Part shown: positions 11,401-24,714 of the stretch, in pieces
Layout of the letters: the number at the start of each line of letters is the position of its first letter
Position numbering within the stretch: the first letter of the stretch is position 1
Translations under genes and position numbers: made by a program
NCBI RefSeq assembly: GCF_039654945.1
Contig: NW_027361697.1
Location: 41,726,001-41,790,000 of the forward strand
Reading direction: 5' to 3'
DNA length: 64,000 bases
Origin: Dendrobates tinctorius
Lineage: Eukaryota
Notes under the pieces: generated by a model
Databases searched by the model: none
Told to the model about the DNA's origin: nothing
Seen by the model: the letters and a program-made list of their open reading frames with translations, nothing else

Positions 11401-12758
11401 AACATGACATCGTAACGGAACCTGGTGTCACAGTTCACGTAAAGCCCTACCGAATCCCGGAAGCGTGCCGTGAAGCCGTTTCCCGAGAAGTGAAGGCAAT
11501 GTTAGAGTTAGGAGTCATTGAGGAATCGCACAGTGCGTGGTCCAGCCTGATTGTGCTAATTCCTAAACCGGACGGCACCATCCGGTTCTGCAATGACTTC
11601 AGGAAACTGAATGCGGTCTCAAAATTTGATGCCTATCCTATGCCCCGGGTCGACGAGTTAATAGATCGGTTAGGAAAAGCCCGGTATATTACGACCCTAG
11701 ATCTAACAAAGGGGTATTGGCAGATCCCTCTGGCTGAGGCTGCCAGAGAAAAGACGGCATTTGCTACGCCGGAAGGTTTATTTCAGTATGTGTATATGCC
11801 GTTTGGACTGCACGGGGCACCGGCGACCTTCCAGAGACTGATGGATCGAGTCTTGAGGCCACATAGGCGGTACGCTTCGGCCTATTTGGATGACATTGTC
11901 ATTTACAGCTTGGACTGGGAGACTCATCTCCAGAAAGTACAAGCTGTGATTGACGACCTGTGGGAGGCAGGTCTAACCGCAAACCCCAAGAAATGTCACA
12001 TCGGGCTAGAAGAAGCCCGGTATTTGGGGTATGTAATTGGGAGGGGTGTTGTTAAACCCCAGGTTGATAAGATTCAGGCGGTTCAGGACTGGCCACAACC
12101 TGTCAACAAGAAGCAGGTGCAAGCCTTCCTGGGGATCGCCGGCTATTATCGCCGGTTCATACCCAATTTTGCAGCCATCGCTACCCCCCTGACGGATCTT
12201 ACAAAAGCGAAAGACTCCGTCATGATTAAATGGAGTTTAGCGGCTGAAGAAGCCTTCCATAGCCTAAAACGAGCACTTTGCTCTCAGCCCGTACTGGTGA
12301 CTCCGGACTTCCGCAGCGAGTTTGTGGTACAAACGGATGCCTCTGATACCGGTATCGGGGCCGTACTCTCACAAGTGAGGGACGGAGTGGAACACCCAGT
12401 CCTCTATCTCAGCAGGAAGCTGAATAAACACGAGCAAAGGTATGCAGTCGTAGAAAAAGAGTGCCTCGCCATTAAGTGGGCTCTAGAGGCCCTCAAATAT
12501 TACCTGGTGGGCCGAAAGTTCAGGCTGATCACTGACCATGCCCCTCTCAAGTGGATGCACTTGAACAAGGAACGGAATAGCCGGGTGACCTGGTGGTTCC
12601 TTGCCCTGCAGGCCTACACTTTTACGGTGGAGCACCGCCCAGGGGTACAGATGGGGAATGCAGATGCCCTGTCCCGAGTGCACTGTTTGGCGGGTGTCAT
12701 TGCTCGACCAGAGTGGTCTGAGCAGAGGGGGGGATATGTGAGAATCAGGTGGGAATAG
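8466..12758 (+). pseudogene. Gag-Pol polyprotein (SCAN-like capsid, CCHC knuckle, protease, integrase, RT, RNase H) broken by one in-frame TAA at 10983-10985
   Basis: Motifs WLQPEVLT..DKYLRALP, CFRCQEMGHIAANC, LLDSGS, GMDLVGP/TDQG/VERFN, YLDD and QTDAS. ORFs 8466-10985 and 10992-12758 are in the same frame. Confidence 0.95.
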
Positions 12759-13201
12759 TGGATGAGGGCAGGTATATCTCGCCCAGATTCCTTTCCTATG
12801 TGGCCTAGTCTGGTCAGTATCGCACCTGCTTGCTAATGAATAATGGGAGGTGGATATAAAAGGATGCAAGGTGGTTGTGTGAGTGTCTCAGCCTGGGAAC
12901 ACAGAGAGCCTGTCTGTGTGAGAGACACACGTGAGTGGAAGCAGTGCCCACTGCAACTGTGGTTTGGCTGGACGGGAGAAGCCCGCCAGTTGGTAGTTAG
13001 GTTGTCCATTGTTTAGTTAGTGCCGGACAGGCAAGGATTTGTTTTATGTTTTATTTCCTTTTGCATTGCTTTCACCATTAATAAACCTGACCCAGGGTCA
13101 GTTACACTCGAATCCCAGCTCTGCGCCTGAGTTTCATGCTGAACGCACGTGACCTTTGACCCCAGCAAAGGCGATCCCGGAGTGTTTTATCACAATATAT
13201 A

Positions 13202-14832
<1,631 letters not shown>

Positions 14833-14899
14833 TATAATTTGTAGCTTTGTCGCCTAAAAGCAGAGGGTCCTAGACACACAGTTTGCATATGGGCTGAAC

Positions 14900-15134
14900 T
14901 TGGTCAGTGTCCGTCCCTGCCTATGTCATTTGGTGCACAGTAAGTGAAAAGCTTTATATCAGATGCACTATTAGAAAACTGAAGGTGTGCATAGCAGAAC
15001 ATCTTGAAAACATAGTAAAAGGTCAAAAATTGTATCAGGAGTGGCAAAACATTATGCCAGCCAATATCAATCACACTAATGCTTTCTGCTTGTATGGTGT
15101 AGAGAAGGTTGGGAAATCCTCCCCAAAAAAGTGA
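14900..15134 (+). pseudogene. Degenerate GIY-YIG endonuclease fragment (Penelope-like remnant)
   Basis: YVIWC...LYIRCTIRKLKVCIAEH resembles the VIY..C...YVG.T.R.L..RI.EH motif. Confidence 0.5.
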
Positions 15135-17556
15135 CTTTAAAAAAAAACCTGTAAATGATGAATCAGGTCATGAGTGTCATGGATAGGAAAAACATGGTTG
15201 TCACTTCTTGACACTTGGTGGTGCACTTGTATGTTGCAAAGAAGAGAATGGTTCTACTGATAAGTCATCCTATGAAATTCAAGATTTTCCACATAATAAG
15301 ACATTGTCCAGTGAAATGTTTCAGTGTATCCAGACCTTCATCACAGCCTGGTGCAATATGAAGGCTGTCAATCATCGTACTGCTCACTACTCCACATAGG
15401 ACCGGGCTGTGACGAAGGTGCTGATAGACCAAAACAACACTTCTTGATGGGTGGAATAACCTGAATATTATATGCTGACCTATCACTCAAACTATCCAAG
15501 TGCCATGGGTCTCTGTACTCTCACATTTTATGGATGTGCTGGACTGACAATTGTATCTCAGGACCTTCATCTGAATGTAGCTTTAGGACACAGAGTGTGA
15601 TGGGAGTCTAGGCTAATATCCTCCATGAAATTCCCGTTTCCTCCATAGGATCAGGGTGACCCCATAACTGCTGAGCAGAAACTCTGGTGACAATAGTTCA
15701 GCAGCCACAAAATCGACTTGTGTGGCTGCAAAAAATGGAAAGATCTCTGCCGCTGTGTGGAATGTTCTGCAGTCATTGAAAGCAAAGGGTTCCGTTTCCT
15801 CCAAGTGTCTCCTAGGGACTAAACTGACTTAACATGGCTCCGGGCAAGGAGCAGATAAAAGTTTCCGGACACCTTGTTTCATGGGTGGTAATGCAGGCTA
15901 CGATAGCGGTGTGGTTTAACGGCAGAATAACTGTACGTTTATTTTGAAAGGGTTTGGAAATAAACAGGGTTGTGCGAAGGGATAAGATATTTATTTCACA
16001 ACAGACAACTTGAATAGTTTGATCAAGACGGCTATACTAATACAACAGTGCCCCCTATTGGCCAATATTTCAGCATAGGTTACAAATCAGCTTTTCAAAC
16101 ACAGCGGAGAAGGGTTTGTAATTGAGCATAAACTATGAAGATACCATGAGATCTATCAGAACGCCGCACCCATCAACTCATGAGTCTAACGATGCCGCAA
16201 CAATTCAGCTCTGCTACATCGGTGTCTCCCTACAGTGCATACGGTGACTGACGTGCTTGCAATGTGGTGGCTGCTTATTCGAAGCAAAATGCTGAGTCAT
16301 CAACAAAATTTCTTTCAAAAGAAAACTTTGGCCGGCATTGCAAAATAACTTTAGAGCCGGTATATACACATTACTAAGCCCAGTATCGGACACAGACAGG
16401 AGAAGGCCCCTGTGCAAGAGCGGTGTATGAGTCCTCTGCAGTCCAATATTCACCTGCTCTGGAGGTAGAAACGATCCCCTTTATCTCTTAAGCCCCTGTG
16501 CGGCTGCCCCATTGGCATATCTGTCCCAAAAACATAAAAAATAGATTTAAAAAAAAACTATGGTGGGATTTATCATGTGGGGAATTTTTGAAGTCGGATA
16601 TGTTGGCGGATGCACCGCCATTATACAGTATATGCCATATGTATCAATGTGTCGCACGTTGTCTGATAAATTTGGGATCTGTTTAAATAGAAAACTTCTA
16701 TCTAGAATTGTTTTTCCCCCACTTTTTACACCAACATTCCCTTTTTGAATAAAGAATTGCATTTTTTCCTACTTTTTAGACAGTGATAATACATACTGTA
16801 GTAGGCAACCAGTCCCACAATTCATTATGGGCAAGAGCAGTATAAAATTGCAAGAGTTGCAAATTACTTGGGACGAAATTTGCAACATTTTTTTTATTAT
16901 ACTCTTTTTATGCAGATCTTAACCCCTTAGTGATCGGGCCAAATTTTTTGAAATCTGACCAGTGCCACTTTATGTGGTAATAACTCTGGAACGCTTCAAC
17001 GGATCCCGCTGATTGTTTCTTTCATGGCACATTATAATTTATGATAATGGTAAATTTAGGTCGATATGGTTTGTGTTTATTCATAAAAAATGTAAGAAAT
17101 TTTACAGAGATGCGTTTTACCCGCGGCGGGGAGTTGCGGAAATGTTGCGGACAATTCCGCAACATGGGCACATAGCCTAATTCTAACGTAGATCTCCCAC
17201 TTATGACACACTGCCCTAATTAATAGCAACACATTTTCTACATATCTGTTATTTGTATGTACATAAAAGGAACAACAAATATGCAGCGGGTTTTCCTACA
17301 TGAAACTAGAAGTGTTTGACATGTATGAAGGTGCCGCACTCTTCTTTCCCTGTCCACCTCAGAGTTGAGTCACGGCACCATGCGGTAATACCATACTTGC
17401 CAAGGATGGGCATCTGGCAATCTTCTGACTGTGCCATGCAATGTTTCAAGCAAAAAGTAAAATAAGTCCACAGCACCTCATAGCATCATAGGGTTAACTT
17501 TACTCACAATAAGAGCGCACGTCAGGTCCAAGGAGTCCCTCTTGGAATACGTTCAG

Positions 17557-17752
17557 ACATCACAGAGTAGAGACAGCACTTCACAGGATGGTGGATTTGA
17601 CATCTCCTTTATTCTGCCTTCTGTGGCGACGTTTCGAACACACGAGATTGAAAAAGATCTTGTGTGATCGAAACGTTGCCACAGAAGGCAGAATAACGGA
17701 GATGTCAAATCCACCAACCTGTGAAGCGCTGTCTCTACTCTGTTTGTGATGT
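17557..17752. repeat. Fold-back (inverted) fragment of a Penelope-type terminus with a hammerhead-like motif near its centre
   Basis: Arms ACAGAGTAGAGACAGC...CGTTTCGA and TCGAAACG...GCTGTCTCTACTCTGT. Confidence 0.7.
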
Positions 17753-17983
17753 GCCATGCAAGGTGTCAAACACTTCATAGACGCAACTAATTCATTTTAC
17801 AGACAACACCACCTTATGATGACCGAGGATCCCAGTGTCATGGGCATAGGACCTTCTAAAAGCCCTGATTCCTTGGAGGTTGTGGTTGAAAAACGTTGGA
17901 CATAGAAAACTGATAAAATAAGGACTAACATTTGTTTTAAAATATGAACAAATAAACATGTATTTTAGGTTTTTGATACTTAA

Positions 17984-18279
17984 AGGGGTTTTCTACCACT
18001 TTTATATTGCTGACCTTTCCTTTGGATCTCCCCCACCAATCAGCTGTTCACAGCATTATCATGGAGCCGACACACCTCTTCCCCACCACACTGTTTAATG
18101 GCCGCTACTGGTTACTTCTCCTATTATTTGAGCCTACAGGACCCATTAACGGCCACTAAGCAGCTGAGGTGTGTGGATCCATGCACGGCTTACATAATTT
18201 CTCTGTCAGTGCTGCAAACAGCACATTTGTGGGGTTTTGGGGTGATTTTGATGACCTTTCAAAGTTGTGAAAATCCCCT
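17984..18279. mobile_element. Kolobok/T2-type MITE
   Basis: TTAA-AGGGGTTTTC...GAAAATCCCCT-TTAA. Confidence 0.7.
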
Positions 18280-18360
18280 TTAATATACATTATAGCAGGA
18301 AGCTGCCAACAGAAATGGGCACACCCCAACTGCTCAAAACTCATCACTTTCCCTAGACAT

Positions 18361-19023
18361 GTGAGAAATGAGGATGAATGAACTCATGGAGATCAACATC
18401 CAACACTGCGGAGACACCATCACGTTTCTCAACGCAGTGATTCTAGAGCAATGCCCCCATCCCTTATGGGAAATATGTAAAATATGCAAAACACAAGCCG
18501 CGGAGACACCATCACATGTTTCTCAACGCAAGCAATGACTAGCCAGGTCTTTCCCCTGGAGTAGGCTGTCTGTGCCCTTCCCATGGTTGTTCCTTCCCGG
18601 GGAAAGACCTGGCTAGTCATTGCTTGCGTTGAGAAACATGTGATGGTGTCTCCGCGGCTTGTGTTTTGCATATTTTACATATTTCCCATAAGGGATGGGG
18701 GCAGTGCTCTAGAATCACTGCGTTGAGAAACGTGATGGTGTCTCCGCAGTGTTGGATGTTGATCTCCATGAGTTCATTCATCCTCATTTTTCACAGTCTT
18801 CTACTAGGCATTGCTCCTACTGGCCAGTTTCCTACTCCACACTGATGAGGGGCAATACCCCGAAACAGCTGTCTGTGGATGGATACCATGTTTTGGCATA
18901 GGTGGTTTCCTTCATTGGAGACTGCCCTTCCCGTGGTTGTTCCTTCCCGGGGAAAGACCTGGCTAGTCATTGCTTGCGTTGAGAAAAATATGATGGTGTC
19001 TCCGCGGCTTGTGTTTTGCATAT
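18361..19023 (+). mobile_element. Non-coding retrozyme / non-autonomous Penelope-type insertion (350-bp monomer, inverted 5' part)
   Basis: 13-bp direct repeat TTTCCCTAGACAT at 18348-18360 and 19024-19036. Inverted arms 18361-18556 and ~18600-18794. Direct repeat at 18573 and 18923 (period 350). Hammerhead inside. Confidence 0.88.
18836..18879 (+). ncRNA. Minimal type I hammerhead ribozyme
   Basis: TCCACA-CTGATGA-GGGG-CAATA-CCCC-GAAA-C-AGCT-G-TC-TGTGGA: perfect core, 6-bp stem I, 4-bp stem II, palindromic stem III, GUC cleavage triplet at 18871-18873. Confidence 0.92.
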
Positions 19024-20269
19024 TTTCCCTAGACATAGTCCACAAGCAATAGTTATTATTTTATTATGTAACAGCCTTCAGCTCGATCTCGAGAAATGGT
19101 GACTTGATGGAAGAATGAACTGTAGGAAGATGGATCTTGTCCAAACCTGGATAGGTCCACCAGGGTCTTCTCCACCGTTATCTTGATAGTATCAAGCCAT
19201 TGAGTTGCCGGTCTACGTCTTCAATAGTACCAGCCACAATTATGCCACAGAACCAAGCCTTTTCTCAGGCCACAAAGTTTTCAACAGGGTGGCGTCAGGA
19301 AGTATAGAAGATGGATTCCAGTCATGTGCATTGCGCCTTTGAAGCTGGGAAGCATATGCCTGGCTTCAGAGACGCAGTGATGCTGGTGAATTGAGCGGCG
19401 CACGTGAGATTGCACATGTGAAAATTATGTTAACAACTAGTCATAGCCCTCATTACCATAGCAAACGAACACATTATAAAGGCTTTTTTTAAACTTCATT
19501 TGCACAGAAAAATGTTATACAGGGTTGGTTAGGCTGGGAATTCACTGATAAATAAGTGAATGCTGCTAGGTTGGGGGGAACAGGGGACCTGACAGGTCCC
19601 CTTTAAGGTGTCACTGGCGTGACATGTCATGTTAGGTAAGGCAGCTATTACACAGACATGAAAGGTGGAACAGCGGGTGCTGTCCTGCTCCCCCGACGCA
19701 GCTTCCACAATCCTATTGAAAGCAAGCAGCGTTCAGCTACTATAAACCAATTACCAAACACTCGCACAATTCTGGATTCTGAAAATCCCTTTGGATGCCT
19801 GCACTATTAATAACCCCGAGTACAACGCGGTAGTCATTATTTTCACTTGGCAAACAAGAGATTAAGATATTTGAAAACTTTCCAACAATGTCCGGTGCTG
19901 GGAATTAAGGATTCATTATTATTTTCATTGAGTAGAAAATCCTGTACATGACCTTCACTAGTAGGGGAATAAATACTGGATGGTACAACCACAATCAAAT
20001 CATATTCCTAGTTATTTAATAAAAAGGACTGTTTTGCAGAAACCACACAGGTATTACCAGAATTCTCTGATCACAAGATCCTGATATCTTACTCCTGGGA
20101 TAGCTCATAAATATTGTGCTGGTCAAAAGGGGTGCAATGTAGGTATCCCTACCAATCTGCTATTACTAGCCCTGGCGGCAACTACATGTACACACCGAAA
20201 TGGCTGCACGGCACACCTCCAGTCAATGTCTAATGGCTGCAGTCAGGGAATACAGATCAGTTGCTGTTC

Positions 20270-20860
20270 TCCAGAACAGAAGCTGATTTTCCGCCTCCGC
20301 ACGGGAAGTCATCTGCCGCCCCCACACAGGAGCTGATCTGCCAGCTCTGCACGGGAGGTAATCTGTCACCCCCAACAGGAGCTGATCAGCCGCCCCCAAA
20401 AAGGAGCTGATCTGCCACGCCCATATGGGAGGCAATCTGCCGCCCCCAAACAGGAAAAGATCTGCTGCCCCCAAAACAGGAGCTGATCTGCCGCCCGCAT
20501 GTGGCAGGTGATCTGCTGCCCTCAAACAGAAGCTGATTCGCCGCACACAAACCAGGAGCTGATCTGCCACCCCCACACAGGAGGTGATCTGCTGCCCCAA
20601 AACAAGAGCTGATCTGCTGCCCCCATATGGAAGGCAATCTGCCGCCACCAAAAAGGAGCTAAACTGCCACCTCCATATGGGAAGCGATCTGCCACCCCCA
20701 AGAAGGAGCTGATCTTCTGCCCCCAAAACAGGAGATGATCTTCTGCCCCCAAAACAGGAGCTGATCTGCTGCTCCCAAAACAGGAGCTGATCTGACACCC
20801 CTATATGGAAGGCATCCTGTCACCCGCCAAAAAGGAATTGATCTGCCGCCTCCACATAGG
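20270..20860. repeat. Degenerate ~28-31-bp minisatellite (CAGGAGCTGATCTGCCGCCCCCAAAA-like)
   Basis: About 20 recurrences of GATCTGC(C/T)GCCCC. Confidence 0.85.
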
Positions 20861-21159
20861 AGGTAACCTAAAGTACCCGGCAAAGCAGCTCCGTTCAATA
20901 TTTACATCTGGCCAGCGCTAATAACAGCTAATCTGACATCATGTGACCACAGAAACCATTTAACAAAAGGCAAGCAATTTGTAATGAATTTTTAATTATA
21001 CAGTTAAAGCACCGCAGCCACAATTCTGACTGGCTTTTGCTAGCGCATTGATCACTATGTGGATCCCAGACTAAGAAGAGCATTTTTAGGCTGTTTTGGC
21101 TACTAAGGATACAAACCTATGAGTGTAGCATGTGGCCCTTACATATGGCAATGTATTAA

Positions 21160-21383
21160 AGGCACAGTCCAGAACTTTAACACTGATAGCCTACTCTTAG
21201 GATAGGTCACAAAAGTCCAATTAGTGGAGGTGCAATACACGGCAGTCCCGCCGATCAGCTGTTCCAGGTGTCAGTGGTTGCCGGAACCACTCAGTTATGG
21301 CTCTGTCAACTGTATAGTTGGAGCGGAAGAGTACTGCAGATCCACATCCTAGGCCATCAACGGTACAGTCCCGGACAATCCCT
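21160..21383. mobile_element. Degenerate Kolobok/T2-type MITE just 3' of the EXTL2 stop
   Basis: TTAA-AGGCACAGTCC...GGACAATCCCCT-TTAA. Confidence 0.55.
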
Positions 21384-21648
21384 TTAAGCTAACAGATTCA
21401 CTTGACATATTCACAAATAAGGTCACAAAATAGAACAACGAGATGTATCAATATTATTTTATATTAAAAAAAAATGTACATTATTAAGTTATTTTTACAA
21501 TTTTAGGAAAATGTATCAAATGTAATTATTAGTTATGTCTAAAACAAGAGTTTCAAGCACAATTTCAATCCATAAACCATAGACACAAAATTAAACACAC
21601 CAAGCCATTTTTCCCGTTCCATTTCCTGCCAGACCTTATAATTATAGT

Positions 21649-22140
21649 CTATATTTTGGATTTGTGATTGGCATAGTTTGGAAACCCAAACTGCGAGATC
21701 ATTACACTGGAATACACCAGCGGCATCTTTCCATAAATGCCAGATAACTTGTTAAGACAATAGGATCTTTGCAACAGATGTTCTGCGCGGTGCCACATCC
21801 CGGTGTACCCACTCTCGGCGTCTTTCTCCAGATTTCTCATATCTATAGGCTTTACCAGCACACCAGAAGACATACCTGTGAGATTCGCCACCAAGAAGTT
21901 CATTGCAATGTCATCACAATTCTGTGTCTGGTCTATTATCTCATGGATTGAGCGAGGCAATTCCTGGAAAAGTCTCAGATAATCTTTATGAAAAAATGCT
22001 GCCCCAATGAGTATCATTGAATACTTGTCACCACGTCCGGTGTCGGGTGCCTGTAATTCAAAGCTGCCGTAGCTGAATATTCCTGACGAGGAGGTAACAT
22101 GCTTTCTGGGTACAAACCCCACAATCTGACTTGGAAATAG
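21649..22140 (-). CDS. EXTL2: Exostosin-like glycosyltransferase 2, last coding exon
   Basis: Acceptor TTCTGTAG|CTA. Reads LFPSQIVGFVPRKH...QNCDDIAMNF...GMWHRAEHLLQRSYCLNKL...ISQFGFPNYANHKSKI*. Confidence 0.97.
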   Translation of the reverse strand, partial: LFPSQIVGFVPRKHVTSSSGIFSYGSFELQAPDTGRGDKYSMILIGAAFFHKDYLRLFQELPRSIHEIIDQTQNCDDIAMNFLVANLTGMSSGVLVKPIDMRNLEKDAESGYTGMWHRAEHLLQRSYCLNKLSGIYGKMPLVYSSVMISQFGFPNYANHKSKI

Positions 22141-22610
22141 CTACAGAATAAAAATCACATGAAAATTATTGACAAACTATTTGTCATTCAATTAACAGAT
22201 TAATATAAATCTTGGAAATTAATATTATCCCAATACCCATCAAAGAAAGCTGAATGTATTCTTCAACCAACTTTGCAATCTACCACTTATTCTCATGAAT
22301 GGAGGGATTTTTAATTATATAGTTTACTACTTGGTGTCTAGTCTATTGGTGGTTGTCCTTCTCCTAGGCAAGGAGTGCAGCACTTACAAGCTTTTTGCTA
22401 TAGAGATTGCAAGCGGTGCACTGCTCTGGAGCAAGCCAGATTGCTGGACCTTTCAGGTTTCAGTCACCCTGCACTTTTCAATGCTGAAAAAGCAAAGCTG
22501 CTTCTGCTTGCCTGGGAGACTGCACAGTTCGGGCCAGAATCTCAGCTATGCCGCTGGCCTAAACTGTCAATCATCTGGAATCAGACAGCAGAGAGGCTGG
22601 GGAGTGGTGT

Positions 22611-23167
22611 TGTCACGGGTATGTCAGAAACTGCAGACAGACACACTGCATCTAGCTGCAGAAGGTCTCTGGGTTTTGCCATTGCAGACGCCTTCTTAGC
22701 CCTTATGACTGTTTGACCCAGTGGCAACCTTCTCCAGTTCTAATTGACACACCTGGACCTGGGTGTTTATGGACTCCCAACCTGCTGCTGGGAGTTGCCA
22801 TTGATATTTCTATTTCCCCCTGTTGAGGCTTGGAGCTATAGCAATCGGCTATCTCCCTCTTTGGTGTTGCTGAGGGACGTCTCTGTTTCATCTCTGAGTC
22901 TACTGAAGATAAGTGTTCCCCTTGTTCGTCTATCCCAGCTGTCTTTAGTGGTAGTGGTGATCAACTAGTGCTCACCTTATCGCCAGGGTCAGGTAGAGAT
23001 TAGGTTCCTGCTCGGCGATAGGTGCAGAACCTATATAGGGACGTTGAGGGCAGACAGGGTGACTTTAGATCTGCCTATGGGTCTCCACTCCCCCATTCCC
23101 TAGTGTTGGGCTCCCTTCACCGTATCTCTTCATGCTGCACTTAGTCTTTCCTACACTGTGCGTGACA
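22611..23167. mobile_element. Solo LTR in the last EXTL2 intron
   Basis: TGTCACG...CGTGACA with a perfect 5-bp TSD, GGTGT. Confidence 0.8.
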
Positions 23168-23344
23168 GGTGTGCTCCTGAAGATGAAACATGCTACTCAT
23201 AAACTTCTACAGCTGAAACTATGACAACAATCTAAGCAAAAGTCAATCGAATAAATGGTCGGAGTCAGTCTGCTCACTGGTTACTGTCTAATTACAAGCT
23301 GTAAAACGTAGAAAGTGCAAAGTTATTGGAGTTGTCATAATTAC

Positions 23345-23415
23345 CTGCCAGACGGAGAATGCAAAGGAGATGTCATGTGCGCTAATAAGTGTGTCGTCAT
23401 CCATCATCAGTACCG
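23345..23415 (-). CDS. EXTL2: EXTL2 coding exon with the DXD motif (71 nt; not in the ORF track)
   Basis: CCGCAG|...AVLMMDDDTLISAHDISFAFSVWQ|GTAATT; phases match both neighbouring exons. Confidence 0.96.
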
Positions 23416-23585
23416 CTGCGGAAGAGAATGTAAGGCAAGCTTTTAGTACATGACTGTATAGTTATTAAAGGTACAACTGGGGGCTCATATCTCAGCATGA
23501 GCACTGTGCACAAGAGGACTTTTACCCATAGAAGTGAATTACCGGGATGGCAGAGCTTCTTACCCAATGGTCATACACAACTCAC

Positions 23586-23995
23586 CCTTGGTCTTTACTT
23601 CTGGAAAGTTTTGCAGTCTGTTCCTCATGAGATTGACTGACTGTTTCTTGAAGATGACAGGTACGGGATGGGGTCCTAAGCTCTCCCATAATTCCTGAGG
23701 AGGGTCCTGCCCCACATTATTCCATACCACAACCACGCGGTGGAGCTGCGGCATGGCCTGGTAATGGTTTAGCATTTTAAGCAACAGATCAGTCCTGTTA
23801 TAGGTTTGCATTATGAGCGTGAAAGAGTCTTGAGGAGAGGAACTGTAGCCAGATATTCCACGTTGGATGCCGCGTACTAGATCCTCATTTGCAGAGGGAA
23901 GCAAAGCAGCAAGTGCACCGAGGAGAAAGAGAAGAATAAGGACTAAAGCGCAGGTGACACGGAGCATCTTCATCCTCAACACTCTTCCCAAAAAT
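23586..23995 (-). CDS. EXTL2: EXTL2 coding exon (TM anchor and start of GT64 domain)
   Basis: AAGCAG|A TTT TTG...DSFTLIMQTYNRTDLLLK...LGPHPVPVIFK...MRNRLQ...TK G|GTGAGT. Confidence 0.97.
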
Positions 23996-24304
23996 CTGCT
24001 TAGAGGAAACAGAGGACAATATAATTACAAGTACAATTCATTTGGTTTTGAATGTGAAAATATCCTGAAATATCATTTCATATAATATTATATTACATTT
24101 CATATACTACCAATAGTATGGATCGCAGTGTTCATTCGTTGTGAACTCCACACCCAAATACTAATAAATTCTGCTAATAATCCATCATCAAGGCATGCAA
24201 AACTCATACTTTAAAGCTTATTTGCACGATCTGGAAGAAATCACTGGGAACGAGACATGAATCAACTTCACTCAGGAAAAATCTGCTGACAGATTCCCTT
24301 TGAT

Positions 24305-24710
24305 AATGTTATGTAATCCAAAAGCAGATGATGTAAGGACAGAGACAGATTCCAGTGATGTATCACTTACTGGACAATGTTTTGCCATTTCAATTAAATT
24401 AATGTTTTATTAGCAGGAGATATTCACTGCAGGACTAGGAGTCTCATGCCTCCTGGTCTAACCATGTCCCTACCACTGATTAGCAACTTTCTGTCAAAAG
24501 ACAGTGTACATAGAAAGCAGCCAGCATTGTGGACAGGATCATACAGGTCTCAGCATTCAGAGCTCTGCTAGATCTGCAGCAGAAAAAAACTGTGACTATC
24601 ACAACTGCTGCACCCAGTAAATTAAGTAACACATCGCCGGAATCAGTGTCTCTGTCCCTACATTATGCTGCTTTTAGATAAGATAACAAAAACTTGCTGA
24701 CAGACTCCCT
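24305..24710. mobile_element. Kolobok/T2-type MITE (same family as 5393-5806), left end damaged
   Basis: Shares CTGCACCCAGTAAA.TAAGT.ACAC and ends GCTGACAGACTCCCT-TTAA. Confidence 0.65.
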
Positions 24711-24714
24711 TTAA

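Larger units (their letters stand above)
7974..13194 (+). mobile_element. Full-length Gmr1-like Ty3/Gypsy LTR retrotransposon
   Basis: 458-bp LTRs at 7974-8431 and 12737-13194 (about 4 differences seen by eye), ATAT TSD, PBS at 8435-8452, PPT at ~12724-12734, single gag-pol frame. Confidence 0.97.
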
